Shown piece by piece: positions 62,901 to 64,000 of a DNA stretch of 64,000 nt. Positions within the stretch are counted from its first letter, which is position 1, and each line of letters begins with the position of its first letter. The position numbers were made by a program, and so were the translations under genes. Origin of the DNA: Bispira polyomma (taxonomy: Eukaryota); contig OZ287757.1 of assembly GCA_965649765.1 (NCBI GenBank), positions 3,348,001-3,412,000 of the forward strand, given 5' to 3'. The notes below the pieces were generated by a model, which was given only the letters and a program-made list of their open reading frames with translations, did no database searches and was not told where the DNA came from.

Positions 62901-64000
62901 TCACTTCTTTATCCCTTTCCCTGATGTCTGATTGCAAGGAGGCAATTTCTTTATTTTGCCTGTTAATCTGATCCTTTAAATGCTCCTCAGATTCAGAGGG
63001 ATTAGGCTTACTGTGGTAAAAATACAGTATGTTAAACGTGAGCACCATATAAGTAGATTAGATTTTTATTGAAGTTAAAGAAAATTCTGTGGAATAAATT
63101 TTCTCTATTGGTTACTTTATATATTTATTGGAAGTTAAATAAAAATATAAGTCTTCACTTTTAAAATATCAAAGCTCATAATTTAATTTGACATCCCTGA
63201 TCACGCATTTGAATTGCAAATGGACTATGATTTTAAAAACTGTGTCAATGACGTTGTGCTTTAAAAGCTGCCCGGCATCAATTAGGCGTGTTACAAGTCT
63301 ATTATATAATCAATTCTTAAATGCATACAGGGGCCATGATTACAGTGGTGAAAGGTGAGCTTGTTGGCAATATACCACAGAAGTATGTGATCACATAGTT
63401 ATCATAATTTACACAGTACTAACTGACCCACAGAAAGAGATTATAAGAGGATGATTATAATTAACTATGCTATGATGTCTCGAATTTAACACTTTTGACC
63501 CAAGAGAAAACTATCACTAGATACTGAATGCAATTTTTCAGGAATAGGTTACAAAGAGCTGGAGTTACTAAAAGACACACAACAGACTTTGTGGGTGCGA
63601 TAGTATTTATGAAAAGCTTCGGCTGTAGAAACACTGAATCTCACATTATTATGTTGATTTACACATCATATTTAAAAATAGGAGCACCCTTTTTCAAAAT
63701 TCATACATTTATACAAAGTCCACTTTGCACTGTACATTTAAAATTGTAGTTGTCAATACGGCCACTGTTATAATTAACGTGTTTATGACATGCATCTCCC
63801 CCCCCCCCCCCACACACACATACACACATCAAATACATGTACGCACAATAGCAATTAAGTAGCGGTTATTTCCAAACTGCTTTTCTAACCTTTGGTACTG
63901 ATGTTTGAGACGTCTTATTTCTTTGTCTTTTTCTTCCATGGTTGAATTTAAGGATGCTATTTGTACCTCTTGAAAGTTAATTTTATCCCTCAATTCCTCC
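48983..64000 (-). CDS. MIEAP(SPATA18)-domain coiled-coil protein, paralog 2 (5' end beyond the window)
   Basis: Exons >64000-63890, 63010-62822, 61842-61641, 61225-61085, 59205-59068, 52845-52617 and 49185-48983; phases 2,2,0,0,0,1. It matches paralog 1 exon by exon (ENISIKNRPMKVAEEYE, IPDGLKISISDFLR, CARLTWKMAAQRPPM, NPEDPGNVVKYYVFPAL). Confidence 0.87.
53687..54661 (+). CDS. gag: Gag-like ORF1 (324 aa)
   Basis: N-terminal CxxC..H..C motif, a coiled-coil segment, and a C-terminal Cys/His cluster CRYFQRGTC..DH..HVCNQC..HPAKDC. It sits first in the element. Confidence 0.88.
   Translation: MAPRKQYYCHKCETSHIKPIDENCKMHTSVGTSKQNSVAGDGVTAADVNLQILTELKALSGRMTQVEQQVYRVSHGAQALTASSPGSAAQPRQADQTTSELLVPTLQTLHTSDSLQTAVDSRLKELVAINNSGTLKSQRGGPDTLWVKNKVAWPQNVILGGQNKTRVTYDALSMAQWVSGFASIAKDESSLDVKNQMLEYLTDLMEDAHDFSWTSAKASHAVVLCKMEEGKVTWGDAHKLDRIRRAHAQRVVIHTANSNYQTNTRKSHEKSIPCRYFQRGTCPQKGDHEFKGVSYSHVCNQCFQNGRSYPHPAKDCKKYPLKNE
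54649..54682 (+). promoter_or_regulatory. -1 programmed ribosomal frameshift signal (slippery heptamer plus stem-loop)
   Basis: A_AAA_AAC at 54649-54655 in the gag frame, a 7-nt spacer, then GCACTGCA-GTAA-TGCAGTGC (54663-54682). The -1 frame is the pol frame. Confidence 0.82.
54655..57126 (+). CDS. pol: Pol ORF: reverse transcriptase plus RNase H, probably translated as a Gag-Pol fusion by -1 frameshift
   Basis: RT motifs RVIIDLS, KIDVSRAFRHV, LPFGFRHG and YIDD; RNase H motifs QLDAC..G.GG, HLEMLN, QCDNAAVV and NTVADLSR. The frame is open from 54637, but its first ATG is at 55081. Confidence 0.93.
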   Translation, partial: RVKHCSNAVPAYVSSTQEVVRKKLAQKVVNNSKGCPTRTVYNSLKCNTGSTHWRADWAKFVNRSYADVVKRKAPSRSADIKVSVQSANVNQRWQSHQVKCSPCLNNNQISEVSTKHELGHRVSVKTFTKGASPFTSPQRNNVMSKMGKPPPTKGDQFGQKLEITKLDIQGKWPISTHNRFSPLSDNDHYMDTSDNSFTHLADTCNQGQGLKILSRGTGGIKSDKYDLELQTKSKNRELIKRASNQPQFQQWDTQTTDKYGFIPLNGLQVPQTDKRVKSDKSLLELHTQIKQDNYPNYMGAQVQLKSELNPDVWEKYLTDYWDKQLPFLIRYGFPLDFNPDSKLSHTEQNHSSATQFPDDVHAYLKEETELGAMLGPFHKAPIQNLHISPFMTREKPGAAHRRVIIDLSFPHGNSVNSAVVKDKYLGTAFALTLPTIDTITNKICRMGRGTLLYKIDVSRAFRHVKMDPADYNLLGLKLDKYYVDSCLPFGFRHGSAIFQRLSDAVRYIMKRHGHDVTNYIDDVIGYGDVIESKHSFDILLNLLQELGFAISHKKLVHPSTSVTCLGVLVNTNDLTISLPDEKLLEINTLVQDWQLRNCCSKRELQSLLGKLLYVSKCVRVSHAFLNRMLDVLRSVGPDQKVKLTPEFHQDVNWFKKFLPTFNGKAFFEHKPTTDCIQLDACLQGLGGHCNDEVYQFQIPLGYLDFTIVHLEMLNILVAIRLWKSAWAGKRLILQCDNAAVVTILNSGKTKDLTLAAIARTIFMAVASHDISLKTIHILGRLNTVADLSRWQITASNNDKLLELVSNPKWVKVKDTMLEIDWSI
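57078..58124 (+). CDS. Tyrosine recombinase (YR); the true coding start is probably the splice acceptor at 57133
   Basis: Catalytic pattern FLRISNL (R), KWSKT (K), HTFRRSGA (H-x-x-R) and HGTW..CVWRY (W, Y). Confidence 0.93.
   Translation: MGKSKRHNVRNRLVYLIADVPSKLRKIATQASYRAHQAFRPATERAYTNMFRIFLAYCSFAQVRPRNISPLIILAFLEVLVVNHVSSSSIANYLSAVKAKLALYGLDVSAFADPRIKYYQKALTLNSPFRAKINAIIDIPLLLQITQICDSMYMGQIFKALYLIAFFSFLRISNLLPHAVSQFSPLVQLARGDVLFASPGLHLIIKWSKTMQSKNVAKVIKIPSLSGSSLCPVAATRALLAITPGHKNSPLFQFKKYHKWSPMIDTQARQNLTQILRRLGLQQSNISFHTFRRSGATWAFNNNVPIQDIQSHGTWTSDCVWRYIVQDHNASDQVALTFKALLSPSTTS
58311..58452. repeat. Array of three ~30-nt hairpins in the 3' region of the YR retroelement
   Basis: GGTTACCCTAACTT-C-AAGTTAGGGTTACC (58311-58339), with related hairpins at 58371-58400 and 58423-58452. 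Copy B has one perfect 12-bp version at 34506-34534. Confidence 0.85.

Overview
AT-rich, intron-containing animal genomic DNA. It looks like a marine invertebrate, plausibly a mollusc or annelid, but the taxon cannot be fixed from sequence alone. All gene models were built by hand from GT-AG splice sites and exon phases. Host genes: (1) the last exon of an S1A serine protease (418-582, +); (2) its tandem paralog, a complete 9-exon secreted protease with two trefoil (P-type) domains ahead of a chymotrypsin-like domain (6967-17414, +, ~395 aa); (3) a secreted Cys-rich precursor with dibasic sites and a C-terminal Spaetzle-like cystine-knot pattern (26854-31136, +, ~230 aa); (4,5) two tandem MIEAP(SPATA18)-domain coiled-coil genes on the minus strand (37096-45962 complete, with a myristoylation motif and a TATA+ISRE promoter; 48983->64000, 5'-truncated by the window edge). 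The main mobile DNA is a tyrosine-recombinase (DIRS-order, Ngaro-like) retrotransposon family in three states: near-intact (53156-58688, +), internally deleted (34295-36770, -) and old and decayed (~19300-22450, -). Comparing the three copies suggests a retrovirus-like expression programme: a -1 ribosomal frameshift (A_AAA_AAC, 7-nt spacer, 8-bp GUAA hairpin) joins gag to pol, and a phase-matched splice joins the gag N-terminus to the recombinase. The termini have short 5'-3' complementary motifs and a hairpin array rather than ITRs or split direct repeats. Also present: a Harbinger transposase pseudogene, L2/CR1 fragments, tRNA-derived SINEs, a Crypton-like miniature element and tandem repeats.
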